Origin: Sminthopsis crassicaudata
Lineage: Eukaryota
Direction of reading: 5' to 3'
Assembly (NCBI RefSeq): GCF_048593235.1
Contig: NC_133620.1
Span: forward strand, 67,520,852-67,584,851
DNA length: 64,000 bases
Shown one piece after another: positions 51,784 through 64,000 of the stretch (its first letter is position 1; every line of letters begins with the position of its first letter). The translations under genes and the position numbers were made by a program. The notes below the pieces were generated by a model. It did not search any database. It was not told the origin of the DNA and saw only the letters and a list, made by a program, of their open reading frames with translations.

Positions 51784-51813
51784 GTTCCTACCAACTTGAT
51801 GACTTTTGAATAA
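51784..51813 (+). CDS. RALGPS2: RALGPS2 terminal coding exon (VPTNLMTFE-stop)
   Basis: gtttttcAG|GTT CCT ACC AAC TTG ATG ACT TTT GAA TAA; matches the recalled RalGPS2 C-terminus. Confidence 0.96.
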   Translation, partial: VPTNLMTFE

Positions 51814-54800
51814 AAAGGTAAAAACCTAAAAAAGAAGACAGATGAACTGTGGCTCACGTGTGTAGAGTAAGGACCTGATGGACGGGTGCCAGCTGTACAA
51901 ATCGGTGCCAGAACAGAGCCTGCGAGCTCAGCCTCTAGACTTTGGAGAACTGAACAAAACAAAAAAGCACTAATTTCAGGGAATGGACTCACAATGAGTG
52001 ATATTCCCAAAGTGAAAAATTGGAATTGCAACATGAACTGCCATGGACCATGCTTCTTTTCTCTGAACTGACCTGTGGAAACCACTGCCTTAAAGAGTGA
52101 AAGGAAAAACAACATGAAACACCAAATAGTGTGTGTGAGACTTCTGGCGGTGCTGTGCTTAGGGTAGATGTAGCTAGTTTGCATTTCTTTTAACTTTCTA
52201 CTAATTTTGGATGGGGGGTGGGATCACATTTTTTAGGCATTCTTTAAAGAAAAAAGTAAAACATTTCTTAAGGCTTACATTAGGAGCTGGGTTTGAACTG
52301 TGGATATGAAGAACTTTTCACATTCTAGGGATTTTACCAGCAATCCACTTTAAGAGCTTCTCTCATACTCCATTTGTCTGTAGCCCCACACTCTCTCTCA
52401 GACCTAGAGTGGAAGAACTGTGTAATTGTTATAATGTGATTGGGGAAGGGGGAGGGGTTGTTGTTGTCGATGTTTTTATTGTTGTTTTAAACACTAAACT
52501 TGCAATTCTTAGTACTGTATGGGAAACATTATTTTCTGCAGGAGACACAAAGGCTGAGTAGTAGTCGTACACCAGACCCTTGAGTGGGGAGGGAGGAGTT
52601 GTTTTTATTGAAAGATCCAGAGAAGCATGGATGCTTCTAACTGGGGTTAAAGTATAGTCCCGTTGTCTAATTGTATGGGCATTTGCATTATTGAATGAGA
52701 GGGAGAGATAGACATAGAAAAGAATTGTAATCTCAAACATCCTACCAAAAGGTGATTTTTATAATAACCATATTATATAATTGAAAGGATCATCCAATTT
52801 TCTAGTCACATAAGATTTATGTCAGTAAGGTATTACATACCTGATAAGATCTGAATTCAGGAACCTTCCTTTTATAGTGTTTAAACTACAAAGTGCCAGA
52901 GTTTATTTTCTTGAAATTATTCATTTTAATTATTATTCAAGAAGAAACTCAGTAGCACATTGGTTTAAAGCCTTCCCACTATGTACATGATTTTTGTTTT
53001 TTTTGGGGGGGGGTTGTGTTGCTTCTTTTTTTTTTTTAATAAATTGAACATGGATAAAATATTTTACCTTAAGATGGATGAGTAAAACAATCATTTTGAA
53101 AGGGAACAATATAATGTATGGATGAATTTGAGACATAGATTAAAATCTAGCAACCTACCTTCTTATACAAGTTACCCTTTATAATAAGAAATTTTTTTCT
53201 AGAAACTTAGTAAAGAACTTTAACAGGAAACCATATCCTATTAGTTAAATTTTATATCTATGTTTTGAATTCCAAATTGTGCTGTCTTCTATGCAACACT
53301 CCATTTAACTACAAAAATATAAAGAGGAGAATGATAATTACAAAATAGTTACAATTCTATCATCTCAACTTCAAAATGAGCTTTGAACAAAGATAATCTA
53401 TTTGGTCAGCTACATAATTATCATCAAGTAAACTTTTGAAGCCCTCTTGCATTTTAAAAGTAGCCCAAATTAAGAAATATCACATGACATTTTCTAGGAA
53501 TTGATTTATATCTCTACATTCCTATTATAAAGTTAGCCTTTTAAAACATTTTCTTAGGTGTTAGCTCTTTTTTTTTTTTTAACCATAAGTATTTAGCCCT
53601 TGATCCTATGAAATTTTAAATAGGTAATATTAAACCCAGAAATTTAAAAAAAAAAAAAAAAGGATCAATTATGGTAAGAAAGGGGATGTTATGATGCAGA
53701 AGTCTTTTTAAGTGTTAACTTCTGTGGATTTCTTTTTGTTTGTGAAAAGGATGTAGCAATTATTTAGTATGTATCTTGATATAAGCCAGTTAGAAACGAC
53801 ATTTGATTTTAGTGTCCATTATCTTCTGTTTTTCTCTATTGTAGGAGATAATGGTTTTGACCTCAAAATGTTTTATTTTGGAAAGTGACATGAATTGGAA
53901 GATGGTAAAAGGAGTTGCCTGCAATTTTTCAATTCATGCATCCCCCAAGTTTGACCCATGTTGGGTACATAGCAAAGACACCATCTGCATAGCCATCAGT
54001 ATTACTATGTAGACTTTGCACATCTTCAATTTTGTCTTTCATGTTTAAAAGTTCCTTAATGTATTTTGTTTTCACAAATAAGTGGTTTTTTTTTTTTGTT
54101 TGTTTTTTTGTTTTTTACCATGTGTGTACTTTAAAAGAGTGAGACAGTATAGATGAGATTGCTGTGGATGTATATATATCTATATCTATATATCTATATC
54201 TATGTAAATAGATATAGATATATATGCTAATGTTGCAGGCTAACCATTCTGTTCTCATATTAGAGCAAAAATATGCAACTGGAAGTCAGAGCCTGATGTC
54301 GTAGTTTTGCCAAAGACAGAACCATGTTGTGTTGGAAGGTGTGCTTGATGTTTTTCAACTCTTTAGTCCATTTATGCACAGAGGAATTGCTGAGATTTGA
54401 TTGTAAAAATTCTACTTGACTCACAGATATATTCACAATTCTTGGTTTATCTCTTAACTTCAAATTGATCCATTTCCAGGAATTTGTCATTGATGCCAAA
54501 ATTATCCCAATTACAAATATCAATTAAAGCATTACAGGAACAATCCAAAAGTTCACTATTTTTGTTTTATTGTTGTTCATTCAAATGAATTTATTAGGAT
54601 AGCAAAAGCACTAGAGTTCTTACCAAGTTTCCTAAGTGGTTTGTTTGAAGATAAGTTTTATTTCCCCTGCCTTATTAAGCCTTCTGTCACTTCAATTTCT
54701 ATGTGTTTCAAATAAGATCATAAATGTGTCCTCTTTCCTTCCTGCTCCTACCAAGAATTTACTTGAGAAGGAATCTAAACCGATTTAGGCAGTAAACCAT

Positions 54801-57800
54801 AGACATCACGTGTCCTGAACAGACATCAGCAAACACTTCATTTGAGGTATATGTTTTACAGCTTTTTCTACATTGAAATGTATTTTTAGTGTAGAAATAA
54901 AATCCCAATTTTAAAAGCTTAGGAACAAAAATAAATTTCATTTTACTTCGAATTTACATGTTTGTTACTGATTCCCATCCCATGTTCAAGTCTTACAATC
55001 TGTGTCTTCAGAGTATTATTTTTAGAGAAATCTCCATATGTGAGGCTTAAGAGAACTGGTCAAACACACCTTCCTTTTCTCCATTGTATAAATATTAGTT
55101 GTGTTGAAAGGGATCCAAACAATTTTAAGTTTGAGTATTTTTCTTCTTAGGCATGTGCTTCATTTTTCCAAAACTATTTCCTGTGGAAAATGCCATATGA
55201 TTACTGCACTATGTACTGTATGAACTGTGTTGATATTTGATATAACTACATGTTCAATCTACTGAAAGCAAGGATGATTATAGCAGCATGGTATTTATAC
55301 TGATTTTTAATCATCTTCCAAAAGACTTATTAGAAGGCCATAAGAAATGTTAGGAAACTGGTTGAAATGCATTATATTTTGGATCCTTCAATCAATAGTC
55401 TTTTGAATACTATCTTTGCTCTGCTTCAAATTTTATCTGACCATTTAAGCTTCTTTAAATTTTTTCCTGTCCAAACTATACTTCAGTTGCTTTTCTTTAA
55501 AGAAAAACTTTGTGATTTACTGTTTATTGTTGCAGTAGTGATAGAGGCTATCAAAAGAAGAAAGGGTCAAAAAATCAATTTAAGATTTGCTTTTTTTTTT
55601 TTTTCCCTTTGGACAAAAAGAGGCTCTAGTTGTTTTGTTAGTTTCCCAGCTATTTCTTGAAGTACAATTAAATTACTAGTGCAGCATAGCATCTTGTTCT
55701 GAGAATGAGATACCAATTACAACAGTGTTGCCTATCAGAAAGCCTTTTCTGTTCCAATAAAATCTCAGGCTCCAAAGGCCCAATGAATAAGGATCCTTTT
55801 TTGCAAATGGAGAATTAGATTGTGTTCCAATAGAACATTAACATGACTTTTTAAAGTCTAGATATGACAAAGCACGTGTTAATGTCTATCTGGCTTTTTC
55901 AGTGGCATTTTACTGTGAGTTTTTCTTTTGTTCGGATTTATATTCTTTCTTGGGGAAAAAAAAGGTCAGATTGTTTTCATGATCAATGTGATGATATACT
56001 GCCTTCTCTAGCTTTGATAGTGAGAACTAGTATTAAATCACATTGTTGATGAGTTATTCTCATGTGAAATCAGTCTTTAAAAAATCATTGTCACCTTTTG
56101 TTTTCCTTTCCCCCAAAATGGCTTGTGTCTTAGATGAGATACTACTGGAAGGGTTCTAACAAAAGAAATGTGTATATACAAAACTGAGCTTGTTGAAAGG
56201 ATAGATTCATGTTGTAATGTGAGAAAAATTTGGTCAGTGCCTTATCAATTTGAAGACCAATTCTAGGGCAGAGAGTATGACAATAATCATTTTTGCATGC
56301 TGACTCTTATTTTAGGAGTGTGTGCTTATCCCTCTCTCCACCACCAGCTAAACCTTTTAAAGACCAAGAACATGTGGAAGTAGGTGACTATAGGTTATCA
56401 TCAGAATCCTTCTTATGATTTTGAGCCTTTTTAGACATACTACCTCTCTGTATGCCCTTCTGTCCTGTACATTAAATCTTGTCATTAAACAAATCCTTTT
56501 TAAAACAAATTTGAGAACTATCTGATGTCTTGTTCAGAAATACTTCTGTCAATGTAGAGTGAAAGCCTTTCTCAAGAATTTTGAGAAAGGATAAAATGTA
56601 ATCAGAGAAAAGGTATTAAGGGGAAATCATTCTATAGATACTAAATTGAGAGGACTAGCGCTTAGTTCAAGATTATCTCTATCATAAGCCAGAAATGAGA
56701 CCATCTTCTTATTTAGTCAGTCATTAGACTACAATAGCCAGTAAATGGAGTCATCTTTATGTTTGCTTGAAAATATAACAGGAAAGCCGGACATCATAAG
56801 CATAGCTTTCCCAGTACCCTTATTTAATATCTTTTAAAGTTTGTTAAATATTTCTAATTTTATAGCCATTCTTTAGTGAAAACTAGTTACAAAAACAATC
56901 TTTCATCAAATTTAGCACAAGCATTATTTGAATTCAGGAAGTTTTTCGTCTCAGGAGTATAACATGAAAAGGGGAAATGAATGAAATTAGTTTTTACTAA
57001 TGAAAACTAAACACTTGTAAAAGCTTTCTTAAAAAAAAAACTTACCAGTTCATTACAAGAATTAGAACTACTGTTCAGCTAAATCACTGTGCTAAAATGT
57101 TCCTTTTTTTAAAAGACTGCTGTGATGCAGAACAGGCATAATCAACTATTCAGAGTCTTTGAAATGAAATGAAGGGTTAACTAGGTCCTTTGGGGTTATT
57201 AGCAAGAGAAAAATTTAAATTTTGAGTTCAAGTATTTGTACTGTGGAATAGTGGTAGGATTGTTAGATTGGAATATTGGGATATGGCTTTGGCGGAATGC
57301 TTTTCCTGAATTAAGAGGCCAAAAGCAACATGACTATTAGATGCCCTCTCAGTGTTAGGTAGCCTGTGTTTAAGTTTCCCCTTATGGTATATGTCTTACT
57401 AATGCTACTCACAAATATGATCCAATGACAGTATTTTAAGCAAGTAAGTTGCAACATAATGAAAGAGAGAGGTTCTAGAATGACACCTATTAATAAATTA
57501 CCAGGTTTTCTAGGACTTTTGAGACCTTGATTATTGACAAACTCATTGCTTCAAGACCTTCAAGGTGGAGAGGAGAGAGTAATACAACTTAATCTAATGA
57601 GGATCAAAATCTGTGGGAATCAGATATGAAATAGTGTTAATATGCAGTAAACACAAGCCATTTTTAATTCCTCTTTATTCCAGTTACTCCAGGGGACAGT
57701 CATGATAGAGAACTCAATTGCACTATGACCTCATTGAGTGATGTGCATCTTGGCTCTTTGGAATTTTTGTTTCTTTTTAATATGTAAGTGAGTGAGTGTG

Positions 57801-57900
57801 TGATCTGTGCGTTTGCATAAGCTAGTTTAAAATGAATTTAAGTGCAGATTTGAGAAATCTTTCTACTGAAATAAATTGCTTAAAATTTAGATAGTGCAGA
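51814..57900 (+). other. RALGPS2: Probable RALGPS2 long 3'UTR (3' end inferred)
   Basis: About 6 kb with no interspersed repeat I could recognise; SINE/DNA-transposon relics resume just after the AATAAA at 57870. Confidence 0.6.
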
Positions 57901-57910
57901 GTGTTGTCTT
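57870..57910 (+). terminator. Candidate distal polyadenylation signal
   Basis: AATAAA 57870-57875, CA at 57897-57898 and GU-rich gtgttgtctt 57901-57910. Other AATAAA at 51809, 53038, 54896, 54930, 55756, 57492. Confidence 0.5.
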
Positions 57911-58033
57911 CATTTTCATATTGGTCACCTATTTGTAAAACTATTTCTAGACTAATTTACCCCTTTCCAACAAAATCACTTAAACTTCTCTGATTAGTTT
58001 CTTCATCTAAAAAATGATGAGATTGCACTAGAT

Positions 58034-58210
58034 CAGGGATTCTTAACAATTTTTTGTGTCATAGACTCCCTTGCAAGTGCGATAGAGTCTTGGGGCCCCT
58101 TCTCAGAATGTTTCTAAAATACCTAATACAAAAGGAAACCAGTTAGATTTAAATATTGTATTATATTAAAATAGTTATCAAATTATTTCTTAAAATGGAT
58201 TCATGGAGCT
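58034..58210 (+). mobile_element. hAT/Charlie-type DNA transposon fragment
   Basis: Begins cagggattcttaac..tttttgtgtcatagac..cccttctcagaat..aaaggaaacca, like recalled MER-type hAT elements. Confidence 0.65.
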
Positions 58211-58832
58211 CATGAGGTAATCTCTGAAAGTCTCTTTTAGAGCTGGTAATATTTTGTGATATTTTAATAAATTCCAAAAAAGTTAAAAATATATTCTTGG
58301 CATTTCTGTGCCCAGTATGGTGCTTAAATTTTATGCTGGGAATAGAAATTTATAAGAAAGTAATCTCTCTTAAAGAGTTTATTATCTCCTGGGGAATGGC
58401 AAAATTAACACATGAAATAGAAGGAGGGAAAAAAAGCCAATCCTATATGCCAGTTTGGGGTAGAGTAAGTGAGGAGGTAAGACCAGCTATGCCTTGAAAA
58501 AAGATATTTAGGTAAGACAAGGTGGCATTTCAGATAGAGAAAGGTAGTGAAGGTGACAGTGACAAATAACTAGTGAAGAGACCAACCTGTCTGGATCAAG
58601 GTAGGTGCTGGGAAATAAAGCTAGACAAATAGATATTGGAACCAAATCACAAAAGAGCTCAAAAACCGGGCGTGCAAGGGGAAATTAGGAAAAGCTTAGA
58701 AGGTTTCCAAAGCAAGCCAACCTACTATGATACACAGTGACATTAATGAACAAGTAGAAATGATGAGAATATCAAAAACTTGGGGATAGAAACAAGCAGT
58801 TCCCACAAGAGAAAACAAACCATTAATAATCA

Positions 58833-59050
58833 CTGTTACTTAGTTGTGTCCGACTCTGTGACTCCCTGTGGAATTTTCTTGGCAAAGATCCTGGAGTGGT
58901 TGGCCATTTCCTTCTCCAGCTCATTTGACAGATGAGAAAACTGAGGTAAACAGGATTCAGTAAGTGTCTGAGGCCAGATTTGAACTTGGGAAGAGGAGTC
59001 TTTCTGAGTCCAAGCCCAGCACTATATCCACTGGGCCCTACTTAGCTTCT
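58833..59050 (-). mobile_element. Mar1-type SINE
   Basis: gtgtccgactctgtgactcc..ttttcttggcaaagatcctggagtggttggccatttccttctccagctcatttgacagatgagaaaactgagg..gtctgaggccagatttgaac. Confidence 0.88.
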
Positions 59051-60553
59051 CCATACAATTAAATAAAAATGAAGAAATATTGACCACCACCACCTTAACA
59101 CCCCTCTTCCTCCCACCCCCACATACATATTACACAACTATTATGTGCAGAAGATTGTTCAAGGCACTTTGAAGGACTTAAAAATTTAGAATGGTAAATT
59201 TTTCATCAGAAAATGGCTGAAGTCGAGACCTTGGAGAAATGTCCAGCCAATATGGTGGCGTGGGATTCGTAGCTGCATTTCTGACTGAAGTTACTAAGCA
59301 AGAGATTCTGGGTGGAGCTTGTGCTGTCATTATTTAATTCAGATTTGGGAATGAATGTAAGAATACCCAGCCTAAGAGAATAAGCAGGAACAAAAAACAA
59401 AAGGAAATTATGGGAGTGAGAAGCACTGGAGTCATAAACTAAGAGAAATTCAAAAGGGTGATAAGTTTCAGCTAGGTAATGGCATGGTAGCCATTCCTTT
59501 CCTTAAGGGAAATAATTACAGAAAACTATGTAGTTTGGCTTTAACTTAGGTTTTGGAAGAATATATAATATGTGATGGTCATTGATGAGATGGTAATAGC
59601 GTGGAACCCAATTCAAATAATTCAAATAATACTAAATAGATTAAGCTGTTCAACCGATGATCCCTTTATTAAGGGATTCAGAAGTTTATACAGAAAACAG
59701 CTGAATAAAAGGAAATCTGCAATTAAAGCTTGATTCAATTTGGTAAGGAAAGTTAATGCAAGACAAACCTCTGACTAAGCATATTTTTACCCCAAATATA
59801 AGTAATTTCACAGAACATCAGATGCCTGTTTAAAATTTTGACAAGGAAAAAAATGTCAAATATGAAAAATACTAAGTAATCTATGTCTCAGAAGCATAGC
59901 AAAGAGTACTGTGTATCTAAGAAGAGAGCAAATAAAATGAGGTATATGTATCCCAACTGTGTTTTGACACATTACGATGCATAATAGCTTCTGTAATCTT
60001 TAAGCTATTTAAAACAAATGACATGTTTTGTTCGTATTCATTTGCCAATTTATGAAGAAAAAACTGACCTTTAAAGTTGGTTTTTTAAAATTGCCAACAT
60101 TGGTACTAATTTAGAAAGCACATGCCCATCCTTTCTTTGAAAAAAGTTAAACTACTAAAGTAAAAAGGTTTCAATCTCTTCTATGTAATTTTGCTTTTTG
60201 TTTTCAGGGGTTGTACAGTGGGCAACTGCCTCCAACAGGGCAGGTAAGGCAGCCCAAATGAAGCAGCTAGGCATCCTGACAGAGGGACAAAAGGCTGTGT
60301 ATAAGACCACTCAAACCATTGTCAGCACCTCAATCACTACCTCTCTCTGACAGCAACAGCCTTACCAAATGTAGAATACAGAATATGTGACAATTGTAAG
60401 GCTATAAACAAATCCATTTTCAAGTTACCTTAAAGGAGAAGATTCCAAAAGGAAAAGAAGATATTTTAGCAGAAAATAAAGTGGCCCAGAAGAAATCAGC
60501 CAATATTGATTAAGGCCCGTTTTCCTCATCTGTAAGTACCTTTTATGTACCAG

Positions 60554-60781
60554 GTGGCAACTAGGTAGCTCAGGGAATGGAGTGCTGAGCCTGGGGTCGG
60601 GAAGCCCTGAATTCAAATCCAGCTTCAGACAACTTATTAGTTGTGTGACCCTATAAAGCAAGTTGCTCTGCTTTTGTTTGCCATGGGAGAAGAAAATGAC
60701 AAACCAGTCCAGGATCTTTCCCAAGAGAACCCCATAGAGGATCCATGGGGTCCTGAAGAATCGGGCATCCAAAACTGAACA
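60554..60781 (+). mobile_element. Mar1-type SINE (tRNA-CORE head, RTE-like tail)
   Basis: ggcaactaggtagc..gaattcaaatcc..ttgtgtgacc, then ggagaagaaaatgacaaaccagtccaggatctttcccaagagaacccc..ggggtcctgaagaatcgg. Confidence 0.85.
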
Positions 60782-61299
60782 TTTGCACAAAGCAGTATGC
60801 TAAAGGCTGGGGACACAAGAAAAGAGACATCCCATGCTCTCAAGTAGCTCATCTAGTAGAAAAAAGAAACTCTGTACAAACAAGATATATTCAGGATATC
60901 AGAGGTCTTGTAAATGAGAAAGGAGCAGCAAGCATTTACCAAGTGTTTTCTTCAGGAAACCACACTTGGCTAATCATAGCTGACAGGGAGGTTCAATCCC
61001 AGTTGATTTCATAAAAATAACTTCCTAAATAAAGCAAAATACATAAACTGCTCAAATCCTCAAGTGCTTAGAAGTACCAAGATATCTCCCACACCTTAGA
61101 AACACAAGAGATTACATAGCAGATAAAACCACAGAAATAATTTTGCTTAAAAAAAAAAATCCACTGTATAGCAACCTCAAGTAGGACAATAAACAAGCAG
61201 ACGTTTACCAAAAGATTTTTAACAAGAGTCATGAAAGCTGTCCTTCCCAGAGTAAAAGGAAAAGGGTTTCTAAACTAAAGATGAAGTTCTCCAAATGCT

Positions 61300-61820
61300 A
61301 ACAGACTCTTGAAATGGAAGGGACCTCAGGGACCTCCTCATCTGAACTGTGTCTGACCAAAAATCTTCTCTACAACATTCCAGACAAATGGTTTTTCCAC
61401 CCTTGGCTTGAGACTTGGAGACCTCCAGTGAAAGTGAACCCTTTAAGGTAACTCATTTCCTTTTTCTGGACAGCTCTAATCATTAGGATATTTTTCCTTG
61501 CCTCCAGCCTAAATCTGCTTCTCTGTGGCTTCTATGCCATTGCTCTTAGTTCTGCCCTGAAGAGCCAAGCAGAAGGAATTTAATCCATCTTTTACATGAC
61601 AGCTCTCCAGACACTTGAAATTATCAGTCACTCAGTTTTTCTCTAACCCAAAACATCCCCAGTTCTTTCAACTGATCCAATCCCTTAATCATGCTAGTAG
61701 CCATAGTCCAGTTTGAATATGCTTCTGAAATGTGATATCCTCCTCCTCCATTCCTATCCCATTTCTAAAAGTAATGCACCAATGTGATCTAACAGTGACA
61801 AAATACAATGAGATTATCTG
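61300..61820 (-). mobile_element. L3/CR1-type LINE fragment
   Basis: ggaagggacctcagg..ggacagctctaatcattagga..cctaaatctgcttctctg..ttctgccct..ccccagttctttcaactgatcc. Confidence 0.7.
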
Positions 61821-62154
61821 GCCCTCTTTTCATCCAATAAATGATTACTAATCAACTGTTAAGTGCAAGTCACTGCACTAAGTATTTTGAGGATATGGAG
61901 ATAATGAAAATGTGTTCAGGAAACTTACATTCTACATACTTGGGAAACTATATCTTATTGGACTTCACATCCAATTCAAGTCAATAATGGAATAAACCAA
62001 GAAGGCTTAACGTGACCTCAGACTCCATTGAAAGGCACTGTACCCATGATTGGCACCCCACTACACTGGGGACCAAGTGCTTCTGAATTCCTAAGTCCTG
62101 GAAATAGAGGAAGACAAAATCCCCTCCAAAAGCCTCTGACTTAAAGGAATTTGG

Positions 62155-62295
62155 TTGGTTTGATTGGTTGTCCTTCATTATCAAAGATCAAAATGGTATC
62201 GCTATAAAATCAAGTTACAGTGTTACAGACCATGTATGAGCTCGGAATGCTGTACCACAGCTCAGGCACAAAAAGTCCATGTGAACATTTGGAAA
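62155..62295. mobile_element. RTE-related marsupial SINE fragment (WALLSI/RTESINE-like)
   Basis: gttgtccttcatt..gagctcggaatgctgtaccacag..gcacaaaaagtccatgtgaacatttgg; family and strand from memory only. Confidence 0.55.
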
Positions 62296-62749
62296 GATAC
62301 ATAATAATGGGAGAGAATGTTGAGATTACAGTTGCAGTGTAGAAAGCAGGTCACCTTAGAAAGGAAGGCTCAAGTGACTGGGGTACCAAGAAGTCCTCTT
62401 GCAAATCATAATATTGGAGCTGAGTCTGAGGGCAAAAAACAAGTGGAGAGCACTCCAAGCATAAGAAAGAGCCGTTACCACATAGTGGTATATAGTGAAC
62501 AAAAATGAGAAAATAAGACAATGTTAATTAACTGTAGAGTGTAAGTACGAGAGAAAGTAGTTGTGCAAAGACTGAAAAGACAAGCAGAACTGGATTGTGA
62601 AGAATTTTAAAGACCCAACAGAGGGCTTGATATAAGATCCTGGAGGCAATGAATAACCCCTAGAGTTTATAGTATAGGGGACAGGGCAGTGACATGACCA
62701 GACACTTTAGAAAATTTATTTCAGTAGTTATGTGACTTTACATAGAGAT

Positions 62750-63340
62750 GGACTTTGCCGTCTATATTGAATTGCATCTTTAGATTCAACCTGAGACTCC
62801 AGCCTTTCGTGATCTTAATTTTTGACATCAGTGTGCTATTAATCCCTCCTAAATTAGTCATTTGCGTTTTTGTTGAGTGTGCTATCAATCCCTTTATCCA
62901 AAAGTCAATTATAAACATGTAAAACAGTACATCCAGCCCTCATTTCTAGAGGTCTTCACTAGAGACTTTCTGCCATGTTAACAATGAACCCTTAACAACT
63001 ATTCTCTAAGTCCACCAGTACAACCGGTTCTAGATGATGATGATGATGACCTTGGGAAACCTAGAATAATATTTAAGAGTTCACCTAAGTTTGTCTTTTG
63101 TGTTCCTGATTGCAGTAATGAGGGGGAAAAGTTTCTTTGCTACTGATTTCATAAACTTTTTCTTTCTGAAGAAGATTTTGACTCCAGCTTTTCATCATAC
63201 CATGGAGGTATCACCTGGGGCTCTCAAAGTCTGCCGACAGACAGTGAGTTCTAGAGCTTCTAGCAAAGTGGATGGATTTACGTATAGGCCTGGTGACAAA
63301 TGGAGAAAGCTGCACATCACTGAAATAAAAGATCTATGAC
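62750..63340 (-). mobile_element. L3/CR1 RT-region fragment
   Basis: atccctcctaaattagtcatttgc..atccaaaagtcaattataaacatgt..cactagagacttt..aacccttaacaactattct. Confidence 0.65.
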
Positions 63341-64000
63341 ATTGTAGCAAAAAAAAACCTTTCAGCTGTTCTTGATTCTCATTTTTTCTGGCTCAAATCC
63401 TGGACCTAAAGACTCATGCTATTTTGCATCAGTGGTTTAAAGGATAAAGTACTTGTATTTATACTGTACAAATATTCTTAAATAGAAGAAATCCTTACTA
63501 CATTTTTAAGAGGTTTATAAAAATTCTATTTTCACTCAATATTTCACTTAAAATCCTGCCTTTACAGACTTGACAGGACATCAAATGTAGTTTCCTTTTG
63601 AATTACATTTAGTGGGAATTTGAATTACATTTTACTGAAGCAAGAGAGGATTGTTATTTACTTGGAAACCTTCTCTCTTCCTAATCCCCCAGTTAAAAGG
63701 GTAGTTGGCAGAGGCAGGATGAAGAAAACAGATCTAAAGTACTGGCATGCAGTATAGTTGTAAATGAAAACATAAATACTCTATGTTAAAAAAAAAAAGT
63801 GTTTCTCTGAATACCTTGCCCATGATTCCATCTATCCACATGAATTTTCTCTTACTAGAAGGTGCTATTAGCAGATGTTAAATGTAGCTCATGAGTCAGA
63901 TCAATCACCAGTCTACTAATGGTCCTAGGGCTAATGAATGTTTGCATCTCAAAATGACAGATTCCCTGACTGCCTCTGAAGAAGCTTTTTTTTTTTTTTT

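Noticed and set aside
51811-51870. Stop readthrough adding KGKNLKKKTDELWLTCVE
   Set aside because: TAA-A is an unfavourable readthrough context and the end is not a CaaX motif.
51780-52184. 134-aa antisense ORF over the terminal exon
   Set aside because: No recognisable homology or exon support; length compatible with chance.
1-64000. CRISPR arrays, operons, rRNA/snoRNA, CpG island
   Set aside because: None recognised; this is vertebrate intron-rich, CpG-depleted DNA.

Overview
Eukaryotic, AT-rich, repeat-rich genomic DNA from a marsupial. The evidence is WSINE1/Mar1-type CORE-SINEs plus RTE, L2, MIR and L3 relics; Australian/dasyurid origin is only an inference. The + strand carries the 3' part of RALGPS2 (Ral GEF with PH domain and SH3-binding motif 2): 11 coding exons from 14767 to the stop at 51813, all GT-AG and phase-consistent, followed by a probable ~6 kb 3'UTR. 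The - strand carries the 5' part of ANGPTL1, nested in a large RALGPS2 intron: two non-coding exons (~11405-11750 and 8568-8690) and the first coding exon (CDS 3353-4172); its fibrinogen-domain exons lie left of the window. A 164-N gap (33903-34066) sits roughly where a 78-nt RALGPS2 cassette exon, recalled from the human gene, would be expected. There are no prokaryotic systems, CRISPR arrays or recognisable structural RNA genes, and nearly all other track ORFs are repeat-derived or low-complexity. I found no clearly new biological system. The best leads are regulatory and untested: a candidate 6-nt RALGPS2 microexon, a homopolymer-controlled uORF in ANGPTL1, a Pumilio element in a perfect 3'UTR hairpin, inverted SINEs around a stop-free 411-nt exon block, G-tailed SINEs, and an orphan 36-nt exon. 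Human comparisons are from memory; repeat boundaries are approximate unless TSDs/TIRs are given.
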